Shown piece by piece: positions 48,422 to 58,067 of a stretch of DNA of 64,000 nucleotides. The stretch spans positions 2,910 through 66,909 of the forward strand of contig JBHIBG010000008.1 in the NCBI GenBank assembly GCA_046758965.1. Reading direction: 5' to 3'. The position numbers and the translations under genes were made by a program. The notes under the pieces are model-generated. The model searched no databases. It saw only the letters and a list, made by a program, of their open reading frames with translations, and was not told where the DNA came from. Within the stretch, counting starts at the first letter, position 1. Each line of letters begins with the position of its first letter. This DNA comes from Candidatus Methylomirabilia bacterium (GTDB lineage: Bacteria > Methylomirabilota > Methylomirabilia > Rokubacteriales > CSP1-6).

Positions 48422-50772
48422 TCGATGATCCTGGTCCGGATCGCGTGAGCGATGTTGAGCCGATCGATCATCCGGAGCCCCGGGTACGCGGAGATGGGCA
48501 TGACGGCGATTGCGGCGCCGAGGACCCCGATGAAATCGAAGACCCGGAAGATGTTGATCACCTCATACCACGCCTGGCTCATCCGAGCGTTGAGGAAGAC
48601 GGCGAGCCCGACTCCGACCGGGATGCTGAGGATGGCCGCCAAGCCCCCTTGGCCCAGTGCTTCAGTCAAGATGACGGCGCGCAGGCGGCGCTGGCTGTAG
48701 CCGAGGGATTTGAAGGTGGCGTACTCGGCTCCCCGCTCGGTGATCACGAAATTCACGCTGGTGAAGATGAAGAGCATGGCGACGAATATGCTCACTCCTG
48801 CGGCCATGTACACGATCCCCATCATCTCGCCCATCAGCTGCTGGAAGGCGGCCACCAGGCCCTCCTTGGTGGTAACCTTCGCCACGTAGTCCAGGTGGGT
48901 GAGGGCAGCCGGAAGGTCCGGGGCGGGACCCGCCGTCTCGATGTAGGCGCCGGTTCCCTCGTCCTTGAAGTTCGTAATGACCTGTGCCCGCCGGAAGGGC
49001 ATCATGACCTGGCTCAGGACGATCTCTGCCGAGATGCCGACCAGGTGAAAGGGGTACTCCTCCCCCCGGCGGATCCTGACGGTTACCCGGTCTCCCACTC
49101 CGACCTGGAGCCGCCGGGCCAGGTCTTGGCTCAGCAGAACCTCGTCCGGGGCTCCGCTCAGGAACCGCCCCTCCTTGATCATCGTGCGCTTCATCCCCGT
49201 CTCCGGGTGGATCCCGAGAATGCCGGCGCCTTCGTAACGCCCGTTGGCCCCGACCTCGACAAACCGCCGGAAGTACGGCTCCACCCTCGCGACACCGGGG
49301 AGGGAGCGGATCGGCTCCAGGTCCTCCAGGAAGACCGGATAGAGAAAGTCGACCGCAAGATCCCACCGCTCCCCCTCGAAGACGACCCGGATTGTCTCGA
49401 GCATGGATGTCATGGCGACCATGTACGCGAGGGAGACGCCGAGCGAGAAGGCGATGGCGAGGACGGTTGACAGTGTCCGCCACGGCCGCCGAAACATGTT
49501 CCGCACCCCGAAGCGCACGGGCGTCGGGAGGGCCCCCATCCGCGTGAACGCCGACTGAATCCACCCCCGGGAGACAAGGCCCACGTGCACAGGCTCGCGG
49601 ATGATCGCCTGGGGCGTGAGCCGGATCATTCGGATGATCGGGAGGGCGGTCGCAGCAGCCGTAATCAGGATTGCCGCCGCGAAGCCGACGGCCATGAGCT
49701 GGGGCTCTACCACGTAGACCACGTCCGGCACTCCCATCGCGTTCGCGTAGATTTGAGCGAAGAGGTTCCGAAAGAGGAAGGCAAGCGGCATGCTGATAAG
49801 TGCCCCGGCCCCTCCGAGGAGTGCTCCGGTAGTGAGATAGGCCCAGACCACCTGTCCTTTCCGGTACCCGAGCGCGAGGAGACCGCCGATCTCCTTCCGC
49901 TGCTCCTGCACGAGTCGGTTCACCGTGATCAGGGTGAGGATGAAGGCGAGGGCTCCGAGGATCAGGATGATGGAGGGGGTGTAGATCCGAAATGCCTCGA
50001 GGTCGATCTGGAGGAACTTCCAGATGAAATGCTCCTCTTTCGGCATCACGCGCTCCAGGTTCAGCCGGCCGAGGCGTTCCACCACGGCGTCCGTCACGAC
50101 GCGCGGGTCGGCGGCAGGCTCGAAGCGGAAGAGGAGGTCGTTCACCATCGTGAAGCCGAGCGAGTCGCTCACGCGGGCAAGGTTGGCGAAGACGACACCC
50201 ATCGCGCCCTTCTCCGGGATCACGTAGTCGGGATTGGCCGTGGTGACCAGGTACTCGGGGCTCAGCGCCACGCCCTCGATCCGGCTCTCGTAGATCTTCT
50301 CGCCGACTTGGACCCTGAGACGGTCGCCCACCTTGAAGCCGTGGTAGAGGGCCAGTGAACGCTCGATCACCGCGGATTCGAAGTCATCCGCCTGGATGCG
50401 AGTTCCTGCGACAAGCTCAAGGCTGTTGACGGTCGGCTCCGGGGTCTCGAGGAACACGAGCGTGCCGAGGATTCGCCGATTGTCGCCCAAGAGCACCGTT
50501 CCCGGAAGAATCAGCCGTCGCTCGACGGTCCGGATGCCAGGGATCCCCGTCAAGCCAGGTAGGTTCGCCACATCCTCCGGGAGGAACTGGACCTCCAGGT
50601 CGGCGAAATGCATCCGGTTGAATAGGACGTTTCGGGTGTTGAAGAGTGAGTCGATCGCCATTTCAATGCCCGTGAAGATTCCCGCGCCGCACGCCACGGT
50701 CAATACAATGGTCAACGCGCGCCAGCGGATCTTCCAGAAGTCCCGGGATATCTTGAGCGTCAGCGTGCGCAT
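48418..50772 (-). CDS. ABC transporter permease, double MacB/FtsX domain
   Basis: KISRDF, QRKEIGGLLALGY, RNMFRRPWRT, ERGAEYATFKSLGY. Confidence 0.88.
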   Translation of the reverse strand: MRTLTLKISRDFWKIRWRALTIVLTVACGAGIFTGIEMAIDSLFNTRNVLFNRMHFADLEVQFLPEDVANLPGLTGIPGIRTVERRLILPGTVLLGDNRRILGTLVFLETPEPTVNSLELVAGTRIQADDFESAVIERSLALYHGFKVGDRLRVQVGEKIYESRIEGVALSPEYLVTTANPDYVIPEKGAMGVVFANLARVSDSLGFTMVNDLLFRFEPAADPRVVTDAVVERLGRLNLERVMPKEEHFIWKFLQIDLEAFRIYTPSIILILGALAFILTLITVNRLVQEQRKEIGGLLALGYRKGQVVWAYLTTGALLGGAGALISMPLAFLFRNLFAQIYANAMGVPDVVYVVEPQLMAVGFAAAILITAAATALPIIRMIRLTPQAIIREPVHVGLVSRGWIQSAFTRMGALPTPVRFGVRNMFRRPWRTLSTVLAIAFSLGVSLAYMVAMTSMLETIRVVFEGERWDLAVDFLYPVFLEDLEPIRSLPGVARVEPYFRRFVEVGANGRYEGAGILGIHPETGMKRTMIKEGRFLSGAPDEVLLSQDLARRLQVGVGDRVTVRIRRGEEYPFHLVGISAEIVLSQVMMPFRRAQVITNFKDEGTGAYIETAGPAPDLPAALTHLDYVAKVTTKEGLVAAFQQLMGEMMGIVYMAAGVSIFVAMLFIFTSVNFVITERGAEYATFKSLGYSQRRLRAVILTEALGQGGLAAILSIPVGVGLAVFLNARMSQAWYEVINIFRVFDFIGVLGAAIAVMPISAYPGLRMIDRLNIAHAIRTRIIE

Positions 50773-50782
50773 CAGCGTGGGC

Positions 50783-51490
50783 TCACTTCTCGACGATCTT
50801 CCCCTGGGCGATATGAACCACCCGATCTGCTGCGGTCGCGGTCTGGGGGTTGTGCGTGACAACGATGAAGGCCGCCCCGGTTCGGCGGTTCAGCTCCTTC
50901 ATGAGCAGCACTACCCGCTCGCCCGTCTGGCGGTCGAGGTTCCCAGTGGGCTCGTCGGCGAGGACCAGGGGAGGTTCCTTCGCGAGCGCCCGAGCGATCG
51001 CCACGCGCTGTTGCTCACCGCCGGAGAGCTGGGCCGGAAAGGCGTTGCCACGCTCTAGAAGGCCGACTGCGTCCAGGTAGACGCGAGTGCGGCGGGCGAT
51101 CTCCTGTCTGGACAGGTCAAGGATCTCCAGGGCGATCTCCACGTTCTCGGCTGCTGTGAGCGTGGGGAAGAGGTTGTAGAACTGGAAGACGAAGCCAATC
51201 TTGTTGCGGCGGAACGCGACGCTCGTTTCCGAGGAGCTGGCGCTCAGGTCCACACCTGCCACCATGAGATGCCCACTGCTGGGCGTGTCCATCGCGCCAA
51301 TGAGATTCAGCAGGGTGGTCTTGCCGCTGCCGGACGGCCCGAGGACGACGACGAATTGACCAGGCTCGACCACGAGCGAGGCATCGCTGAGTACCGCGGT
51401 TCGAACTGCTCCCGTGTCATACCACTTACTGACATGTGCGAGGACGACCAGGGGTGAGGACGTGGAGGGATCGAGGACTGGCGCACTCAT
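50783..51490 (-). CDS. ABC ATP-binding protein (LolD/MacB-like)
   Basis: GPSGSGKTT, GFVFQFYNL, LSGGEQQRVAIARA, ADEPTGNLD, VTH. Confidence 0.93.
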   Translation of the reverse strand: MSAPVLDPSTSSPLVVLAHVSKWYDTGAVRTAVLSDASLVVEPGQFVVVLGPSGSGKTTLLNLIGAMDTPSSGHLMVAGVDLSASSSETSVAFRRNKIGFVFQFYNLFPTLTAAENVEIALEILDLSRQEIARRTRVYLDAVGLLERGNAFPAQLSGGEQQRVAIARALAKEPPLVLADEPTGNLDRQTGERVVLLMKELNRRTGAAFIVVTHNPQTATAADRVVHIAQGKIVEK

Positions 51491-51828
51491 GACGTTCAGA
51501 TTGAATTCCTTATGCTTCAGGAGTCATCAGACCGGGCTCGTAAGAAGAGCGGAGATCAGCCGGTCCTCAATCTCGCCAGGCCGCACTCCCGCGCACGGCA
51601 GCCTAGTTCTTCATCGCCGTAGAGAGAATCTGGCAATCGCCTCATTTCCGTGAGGCAAATGCACCGCGCTCCCCTGGGAAGGCAAGAAGCGAGACCAAAG
51701 GCGAGGGGAGTTCGGCACAGCGGCAGCAAATGGCTCGTGGCTGGCCGGTGATGGCGGTCTTGTGACCCACCGGATAGCGGGTGCGTCACCAAGGACTGCG
51801 GCTGGTTGGTCAGCGAGAGATCCCCGGG

Positions 51829-53061
51829 CTATTGGGCCAACTGGATCGCGGCGAGGAGAAGGGTATTGGCCCCGTGCTCGATGTCGTCCATGGCTGTGAA
51901 CTCCTCCTCGCAGTGGCTTCGGCCGTTCTTCGACGGAACGAAGATCATTCCTGCCGGACCGATGGCGGCCATGTACTGGGCGTCGTGGCCCGCGCCCGAC
52001 AGGATCCGCCGGTAGCGGCAGTTGAGGGGTTTGGCGGCTTGCTCCACGGCGTCCACCACCTGAGGGTCGAAGGGAGTGGGTGGCACGCGCCAGTAGTGTT
52101 CGAGCTCGGCGTGCACCCCCTCGCGAGCTGCGGCCTCTTTCACGGCCTGGTCGAGCAGCTCCCGGGCGCGCGTGAGGTGCTCGTCCGTCGGGTCCCTGAG
52201 ATCCACGCTCATGGCGACCCTGCCGGGGATGACGTTCGGGATGTTCGGGGAGAGATCCAGCCGACCCACCGTGGCCACCATGTCTTTGCACACCTGGCCG
52301 GGAATGGCGCGCACGGCTTGCACCACCGCGGCAGCGCCCACCAGGGCGTCGTGGCGGATCCGCATGGGCGTGGGCCCGGCATGGTCCTGGACCCCGGCAA
52401 GTGTCAGCCGCGACCACGCGATCCCGACGATCCCCTCGACCACGCCCACCGAGAGCCCTTCCTCCTCCAGGTGCGGCCCCTGCTCGATGTGGAGCTCCAG
52501 GTAGGCGCGGATCGGGCGGGCGACACACGGCTCCGATCCCAGATAGCCGATCCGCTCCAGCTCGTCCACCAGGCGGATTCCGTTCTTGTCCCGGGCGTTG
52601 TAGGCGTCCTCAAGCGCGATCTTCCCGGCCATCACGCCGCTGGCGATCATGGCGGGCTGGAACCTGGCACCCTCCTCGTTGGTAAAAATCGAGAGCGTGA
52701 GCGGGTGGCGGGTTCTGAGACCGTGATCGTTGAGGGTTCGAATGGCCTCGAGCGCGCAGAGCACGCCGAGCTCGCCGTCATACTTCCCGCCGGTGGGGAC
52801 CGAATCCACGTGGGAACCGATCATGACGGGTGGGAGCGCTTCGGTCCCCTGGCGGTGGCCGAAGATGCTCCCCATCCGGTCCACGCTGACCCGAAGCCCG
52901 GCCTCCTTCATCCAGGCTACCATCTGATCCCGTGCGCCCTTGTCCTCGTCGGTGAGGGCTAAGCGCGTGAGCCCGCCGCGGGGCGTCTCCCCGATTTTTC
53001 CGAGGGTCTCCGCCGCCTCTTCGAGTCGTTTCCGGTTGATGCGCATGATGCGGTGGCTCAC
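51829..53061 (-). CDS. M20 Zn-dependent amidohydrolase (N-carbamoyl-amino-acid hydrolase / beta-ureidopropionase-like)
   Basis: GSHVDSVP.GGKYDG, NEEGARF, ELHIEQGP, HAGPTPM, SGAGHDA. Confidence 0.92.
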   Translation of the reverse strand: MSHRIMRINRKRLEEAAETLGKIGETPRGGLTRLALTDEDKGARDQMVAWMKEAGLRVSVDRMGSIFGHRQGTEALPPVMIGSHVDSVPTGGKYDGELGVLCALEAIRTLNDHGLRTRHPLTLSIFTNEEGARFQPAMIASGVMAGKIALEDAYNARDKNGIRLVDELERIGYLGSEPCVARPIRAYLELHIEQGPHLEEEGLSVGVVEGIVGIAWSRLTLAGVQDHAGPTPMRIRHDALVGAAAVVQAVRAIPGQVCKDMVATVGRLDLSPNIPNVIPGRVAMSVDLRDPTDEHLTRARELLDQAVKEAAAREGVHAELEHYWRVPPTPFDPQVVDAVEQAAKPLNCRYRRILSGAGHDAQYMAAIGPAGMIFVPSKNGRSHCEEEFTAMDDIEHGANTLLLAAIQLAQ

Positions 53062-53582
53062 CTCCGCCGATAGCGCCCCATGAGCTCGGCCTTTCCCAGC
53101 ACGTGGCCCTCCATCGCCTTGAGCGTCTCTGCTTTGGAGTTGCGCGAGGGCAGCGCGAGCTCGATGTCGAGGGCATAGAGGGTGAAGAAGTAACGGTGGG
53201 CGGGGCCCCGGGGCGGGCAGGGCCCACCGTAGCCTACCCTCCTGAAATCGTTTACCCCCTGGACGCCGATGCCGGGGACCGCGTCTTTCGCCGGTACGCC
53301 TTCGGGAAGCTCGCGGAGGGTCGCTGCCAGCCCGTAAAGCACCCAGTGGACCCAGGTCCCGACCGGCGCGTCGGGGTCGTCGACGATCAGGGCGAAACCG
53401 TTAGTCCCGCTGGGCGGGTCAGTCCACCGGAGCGGTGGGGAGCGATCCGGCCCGTCGCAGGTGTGCTTCGCCGGGATCTCGCTGCCGGCTGAGAAGGCCG
53501 GACTCTGAAGCTCAAAGGCCATGGCAGCTCCTCCCAACGCGAAAATGAGAAGGCCCACGAGGAGCGGAATGCTCAGCTTCAA
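53058..53582 (-). CDS. YbhB/YbcL (PEBP/Raf kinase inhibitor-like) protein
   Basis: HTCDG..SPPL.W, DDPDAP...WVHW, YGGPCPP...HRY. Start uncertain. Confidence 0.9.
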   Translation of the reverse strand: MKLSIPLLVGLLIFALGGAAMAFELQSPAFSAGSEIPAKHTCDGPDRSPPLRWTDPPSGTNGFALIVDDPDAPVGTWVHWVLYGLAATLRELPEGVPAKDAVPGIGVQGVNDFRRVGYGGPCPPRGPAHRYFFTLYALDIELALPSRNSKAETLKAMEGHVLGKAELMGRYRRR

Positions 53583-53655
53583 GGAGCGGCGCCCGGGTCG
53601 CCTGGACCGCCCTCGAAGAGGAACTGACCGGGACCGGAGATGATAGAATTTCCTC

Positions 53656-54219
53656 ATGACCCCTCGGGTGCCACCTCAGTTGAGCCCCGACTCGATCCGG
53701 TTCTGTCCTCTCTGCGGCGCCAGCCTGACTCGCAGCCGGATCACGCCGCACGAGAAGGAGGAGGCCGTCTGCCCGAGCTGCGGGTTCATCTTCTATCTGA
53801 ATCCCAAGGTGGTGGCCGGGACCATCCCGGCTGAGGACGGGCGCATCCTCCTGGTTCGGCGGAACATCGAGCCCGCGAAAGGGAAGTGGACCTTCCCCGG
53901 CGGCTTCGTGGAGTGGGGGGAGAGCGTCCCTGCCGGAGCCCAGCGCGAAACCTTAGAGGAAACGGGGCTCACGGTGACCCTCAGCACTCTCGTTGGCGTC
54001 TACTCGTACGCTGGGGCACCGGTGGTGATCGTCGTCTACCGGGCCCGGGTGACCGGCGGCCACCTCGCGCGGTGCCCTGAAATCGCCGAGGCCGCCTGGG
54101 TGAGACCTCATGAGATCCCCTGGGGGGAGCTTGCCTTCCCGTCCACGCGGGATGCGCTCACGGATTACCTCAAGGACGCTAGAGGCGGCTCGGCACTGCC
54201 GCCGTCGCCCTGCCGGTGA
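53656..54219 (+). CDS. NUDIX hydrolase with N-terminal zinc ribbon
   Basis: FCPLCG...[20 protein letters not shown]...RETLEETG Nudix box. Confidence 0.9.
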   Translation: MTPRVPPQLSPDSIRFCPLCGASLTRSRITPHEKEEAVCPSCGFIFYLNPKVVAGTIPAEDGRILLVRRNIEPAKGKWTFPGGFVEWGESVPAGAQRETLEETGLTVTLSTLVGVYSYAGAPVVIVVYRARVTGGHLARCPEIAEAAWVRPHEIPWGELAFPSTRDALTDYLKDARGGSALPPSPCR

Positions 54220-54613
54220 CGACGGCTTCACCGTTTTGACTCTCCGCCCGGACTTCCAGTTCGACCAGGTGCTGGTCATCCTTGGATGACTTGGCCACGA
54301 CCTTTCCCTTGCAGGTGATCACATCCCCGGGGCGGACCAGGGCGGCGAAGCGGACCCCGAGCTTTTTCACGCTCCCCGCGCCGAGCCAGTCGGTGATGGA
54401 CTGGGCCACGAACCCCATTGAGAGCATCCCGTGGGCAAAGACCCCGCCCATCCCGGCAGCCTTGGCGAACTCCTCATCCACGTGAATCGGGTTGAAGTCG
54501 CCTGAGGCTCCTGCGTAGCGGGTGAGCTGAATCCGCTGGAGGGGAGGCTTCACCAGCTCGACCAACTCGTCCCCCACCTGAATATCTTCCGCGTAGACTT
54601 TTGCGTACTGCAT
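54179..54613 (-). CDS. MaoC-type dehydratase (HadB-like catalytic subunit)
   Basis: [18 protein letters not shown]. Start at MQYAK (54613). Confidence 0.9.
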   Translation of the reverse strand: MQYAKVYAEDIQVGDELVELVKPPLQRIQLTRYAGASGDFNPIHVDEEFAKAAGMGGVFAHGMLSMGFVAQSITDWLGAGSVKKLGVRFAALVRPGDVITCKGKVVAKSSKDDQHLVELEVRAESQNGEAVVTGRATAAVPSRL

Positions 54614-54645
54614 CGTTCCTCTCCGCGCAGCCGCTCCCCCCGGCG

Positions 54646-55101
54646 TTAGAGGCGGACGATCATCGTGTTGCGCATCTTCGCCACGATCTGGTTGTCCTGG
54701 TCGGTCACGGCAGTCTCCCGCATCACGAACGCCATGGGGCCGCTCCGTCCGGTCTTCTCGTAGACATCCGTGATCCGGGTGCGGCAGAGGAAGGTCTCTC
54801 CGGGCCGGATCTGGCGGAAGAACTCGAACTCCTGCTCGCCGTGGAGCACCCGCGAGATATCTACGCCCAGGTCGTGCAGGAGGGCCGCAGTATCCGCCTG
54901 CTCGTTGCGGAAGGTGATCGGGAAGGTGGGGGGTGCGATGATGTCGCCCCATTGGGAGGCCCGGCCGATCTCCTCCCTCAGGTAGAACGGGTTCAGGTCG
55001 CCGATGGCTTGCGCGAACTCCTTGATCTTGCCCCGCTCCACGGTGACAGCGAACGGCGGGTACTCCTTGCCGACGAGGTCTCTGTTGACTTGGATCGCCA
55101 T
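54646..55101 (-). CDS. MaoC dehydratase N-terminal/HadA-like hotdog protein
   Basis: VERGKIKEFAQAIGD.NP, APPTF, LHGEQEF. Confidence 0.9.
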   Translation of the reverse strand: MAIQVNRDLVGKEYPPFAVTVERGKIKEFAQAIGDLNPFYLREEIGRASQWGDIIAPPTFPITFRNEQADTAALLHDLGVDISRVLHGEQEFEFFRQIRPGETFLCRTRITDVYEKTGRSGPMAFVMRETAVTDQDNQIVAKMRNTMIVRL

Positions 55102-55115
55102 GAGCCCTTCGCCCC

Positions 55116-55508
55116 CTACGTCCCTTTTGCCATCGCGCGGCTCAGGAATTTTTCGAGGCTCGCAACGACGAGTCGCTCATGCGTCCCCTGCGCCACCTTC
55201 TCCACTTCGTCCGAGGCTTCCACCCGAAAGCGGAAGCGCTTTCCATCGGTCTCCGTGAGCTCGGCCCGGGCTCGCACTCGCATCCCCACGGGCGTCGCGG
55301 CGAGGTGCCTCATCTCCATCCAGGTCCCCACCGTGGCCGCCCCCGGTGGCAGGTGTGGGTGGATGATGGCGCCCGCCGCGTCTTCCAGGAGGCCGATCAG
55401 GAACGGCGTCGCGAAGACCATGACGCCCTTGTTTCCCATAGCGTCCGCGGTCCGCTCGGGCGTCACGATCACGTCCACCTCTGCAACTGCGCCGGGCCTG
55501 AGGTCCAT
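55116..55508 (-). CDS. Thioesterase (fluoroacetyl-CoA thioesterase-like hotdog fold)
   Basis: VFATP...LLE, TVGT...HLAATPVG, GTHER. Confidence 0.88.
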   Translation of the reverse strand: MDLRPGAVAEVDVIVTPERTADAMGNKGVMVFATPFLIGLLEDAAGAIIHPHLPPGAATVGTWMEMRHLAATPVGMRVRARAELTETDGKRFRFRVEASDEVEKVAQGTHERLVVASLEKFLSRAMAKGT

Positions 55509-55639
55509 GCAGATCTCCTCGATGTGTGTCTCTTCTACCTCGACTCTCTGTCGCCGTCAAGGCCAGAAGTGGTCAGGCTCCGGGGCGCACGCGCACTCAA
55601 GGCTTTTCTAGCGTGAGCAGGTGTGGCAGAACTGGCAGC

Positions 55640-56803
55640 ATGGCTCCTGCCATCGCGGCTCTCGGCGCCCTGGTGGTGTCGCTTGACTCTGCCGTCAACA
55701 TTGCCTTCCCTGCCATGTCTTCGGCCTTTGGGGTCGGGCCCACGTCCATCAAGTGGGTGGTCATCACCTACGTCCTGACGTATGCGCTCACGGCCTACGC
55801 GGCGGGATTGCTGGCTGACCGGGTGGGCCATAGGGCTGTCTTTGTGGCCGGGCTCTGGCTCACGGCCGCGAGCCTCCTCGTGCTGAGCTTCGCTCCCACC
55901 TATGGCTGGTTCCTCATCTTCCGCGTAATCCAGGGGCTCGGCGGAGGGCTGGTCTACGGGAGCTCGCCGGCGTTGGTCACCTTGGCGCTTCCGCCAGAGA
56001 AGCGCGGCCGGGGGCTCGGGCTCTTCACCCTCGGCATGGCGGGTGGCTTCGGCGTCGGCCCTCTCATTGGCGGACTGCTCGTGGACGAGTTCGGCTGGCA
56101 TTGGGTCTATCTCTTCCGCGCCCCGTTGGCGCTTGCCCTGGCCTTGGGCGCGGCCCCTGTGCTCCGCGGAATGCCGTACGGCAGTGCGCGCTGGCAGCTG
56201 ATCCGGCTCAGTGAGATCGTCCGACCACAGCTGCTCCTGGCTAATGCCCTGGCTCTCCTCGCCAACCTGGCTCAGTTCGCGGTCTGGCTTCTCGTCCCGT
56301 ATTACCTGGTGAGCATCCTGCGCCTTTCGGCCACGGCTGGCGGTCTCTTCTTCATGCTGACCCCGTTGGGCACCGCTCTCGCCGGGCCGCCGGGCGGCTG
56401 GGCCACCGACCGGTTCGGAAGCCGCCCGCTGCTCACCCTCGGGCTCGCTGCCGAGAGCGCCGGGCTCTTCCTGATAAGCCGGCTGGAGGCCGACAGCGGG
56501 CTGGTCCAAGTGGGCCTTGCGCTGGCCCTGGTGGGGCTCGGCCTCGGAGTCTTTCAGGTCCCCAATATGAGTTTGGTGATGGCGAGCTTTCCTGCCTCCC
56601 AGCAGGGTGGGGCTGGCGGCATGATCTTGATGAGCCGGACCCTGGGCGTGGTGGCAGGGGTGAGCGTGGCAAGCGCCATATTCGGGGCGCGGAGCCGGAG
56701 CCTCGGCTTCTTAGGCGCCTTCCACGATGTGTTCCTCGTGGCGGGAGCGGTCTCGACGGTTGCGCTTCTCCTCTCGCTCGTCTGGCCCAGCCGCCGCAAC
56801 TGA
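55640..56803 (+). CDS. MFS transporter (drug:H+ antiporter-like)
   Basis: LDSAVNIAFP, GLLADRVGHR motif A, RVIQGLGG, GPLIGG, GWATDRFG. Confidence 0.88.
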   Translation: MAPAIAALGALVVSLDSAVNIAFPAMSSAFGVGPTSIKWVVITYVLTYALTAYAAGLLADRVGHRAVFVAGLWLTAASLLVLSFAPTYGWFLIFRVIQGLGGGLVYGSSPALVTLALPPEKRGRGLGLFTLGMAGGFGVGPLIGGLLVDEFGWHWVYLFRAPLALALALGAAPVLRGMPYGSARWQLIRLSEIVRPQLLLANALALLANLAQFAVWLLVPYYLVSILRLSATAGGLFFMLTPLGTALAGPPGGWATDRFGSRPLLTLGLAAESAGLFLISRLEADSGLVQVGLALALVGLGLGVFQVPNMSLVMASFPASQQGGAGGMILMSRTLGVVAGVSVASAIFGARSRSLGFLGAFHDVFLVAGAVSTVALLLSLVWPSRRN

Positions 56804-56956
56804 CCCCGACCCCCAACATCACTCAACCGTCGAGCGGCCCGTCGGGAGCACGTCCGTCGCCGGGCTGGGCCTCCCTCCGGCCTCGCGCCCCGGCCGGTGC
56901 CACCCGCTCGGGAGACGGCGCGACGAGCGGAGGCTTTCGGATGAGAACTCACTGAG

Positions 56957-57925
56957 CTACGGGAGCAGGAGGATCTTTCCGGTGGTCTCGCGTGCGGCGA
57001 GAGCCCTGTGAGCCTCAGCAGCCTGGGCAAGCGGCGGGGTGCGGTCGATCCTGAGCCGGAGCTTCCCCGCTTCGATCCAGCCCAGCACATCGCCCGCTCG
57101 CTGGAGCAGCTCCTCGCGGGTGGGCGTGTAGTGAAAGAGACTCGGGCGGGTCAGAAAGAGCGAGCCCTTGGCCATCAGCACCTGGATGTCGAAGGGCGGC
57201 ACCGGGCCGCTCGACTGGCCGTAGAAGGCCATGTACCCGCGCAGGCCGAGGCAGTTGAGGCTTTTTTCGAACGTGTCCTTTCCCACCGAGTCGTAGACGA
57301 CGTTGAGGCCCTTGCCCCCGGTGAGCTGCTTCACCTTGGCCTCGAAGTCCTCCTGGGTGTAGAGGATCACCTCGTCGGCTCCGGCCTCGCGCGCCAGCTT
57401 GGCTTTTGCCTCGGTGGAGACCGTGCCGATCACCCGCGCTCCTCGCATCTTCGCCATCTGGCAGAGGAGAAGCCCCACGCCTCCGGCGGCGGCGTGCACC
57501 AGGCAGCTATCGCCGGGCTTGAGCGGGTAGGTGGTGTGGCTGAGGTAGTGGGCCGTCATCCCCTGGAGCATGGCTGCCGCCCCGTCCTGAAAGCTGAGCT
57601 TGGCCGGCAAGACCACCAGGCGCTCCGAGGGGATCAGGGCGTGAGTGGCGTACGAGCCAGGAATCCCGTTCCAGGCGACGCGGTTCCCTACCGCGACCTC
57701 CTTGACGTTTGGCCCGGCAGCCTCCACTGTCCCCGCGCCCTCCAGGCCCAGCGCCAAGGGGAGCCCCCCCTTGTAGTGGCCGCTCCGCTGGTAGATATCG
57801 ATGAAGTTGACGCCGGCCGCCTCGACCTTGACCAACGCCTGCCCGGGTCCCGGCGTGGGGGTCGGTACCTCTTCGAGCTTCATCACTTCAGGTCCGCCGT
57901 ACTGGTGCACTCTGACCGCGTTCAT
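56957..57925 (-). CDS. qor: NADPH:quinone oxidoreductase (zeta-crystallin family)
   Basis: GVNFID, LQGMTAHYL, HAAAGGVG, YDSVG, YGQSSG, TTGKILL. Confidence 0.92.
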   Translation of the reverse strand: MNAVRVHQYGGPEVMKLEEVPTPTPGPGQALVKVEAAGVNFIDIYQRSGHYKGGLPLALGLEGAGTVEAAGPNVKEVAVGNRVAWNGIPGSYATHALIPSERLVVLPAKLSFQDGAAAMLQGMTAHYLSHTTYPLKPGDSCLVHAAAGGVGLLLCQMAKMRGARVIGTVSTEAKAKLAREAGADEVILYTQEDFEAKVKQLTGGKGLNVVYDSVGKDTFEKSLNCLGLRGYMAFYGQSSGPVPPFDIQVLMAKGSLFLTRPSLFHYTPTREELLQRAGDVLGWIEAGKLRLRIDRTPPLAQAAEAHRALAARETTGKILLLP

Positions 57926-58067
57926 GGGCGTCTCCTCTTTGGAAATGAACTGGCGCTCCGACTTTACCCGATTCGCCGGGCTCTGGCAATCCAGGGCGTG
58001 ACCGGGCCTCGCGGAGTCTGCCTGACAGTGGCGGGGCGCACCGTTCTATGGTAGATATGAGGCCGTT

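Noticed and set aside
51491-51828. Possible riboswitch or small ORF upstream of the ABC ATPase
   Set aside because: No riboswitch consensus could be matched by eye, and the short ORFs lack an RBS and protein-like composition. An Rfam scan would be needed.
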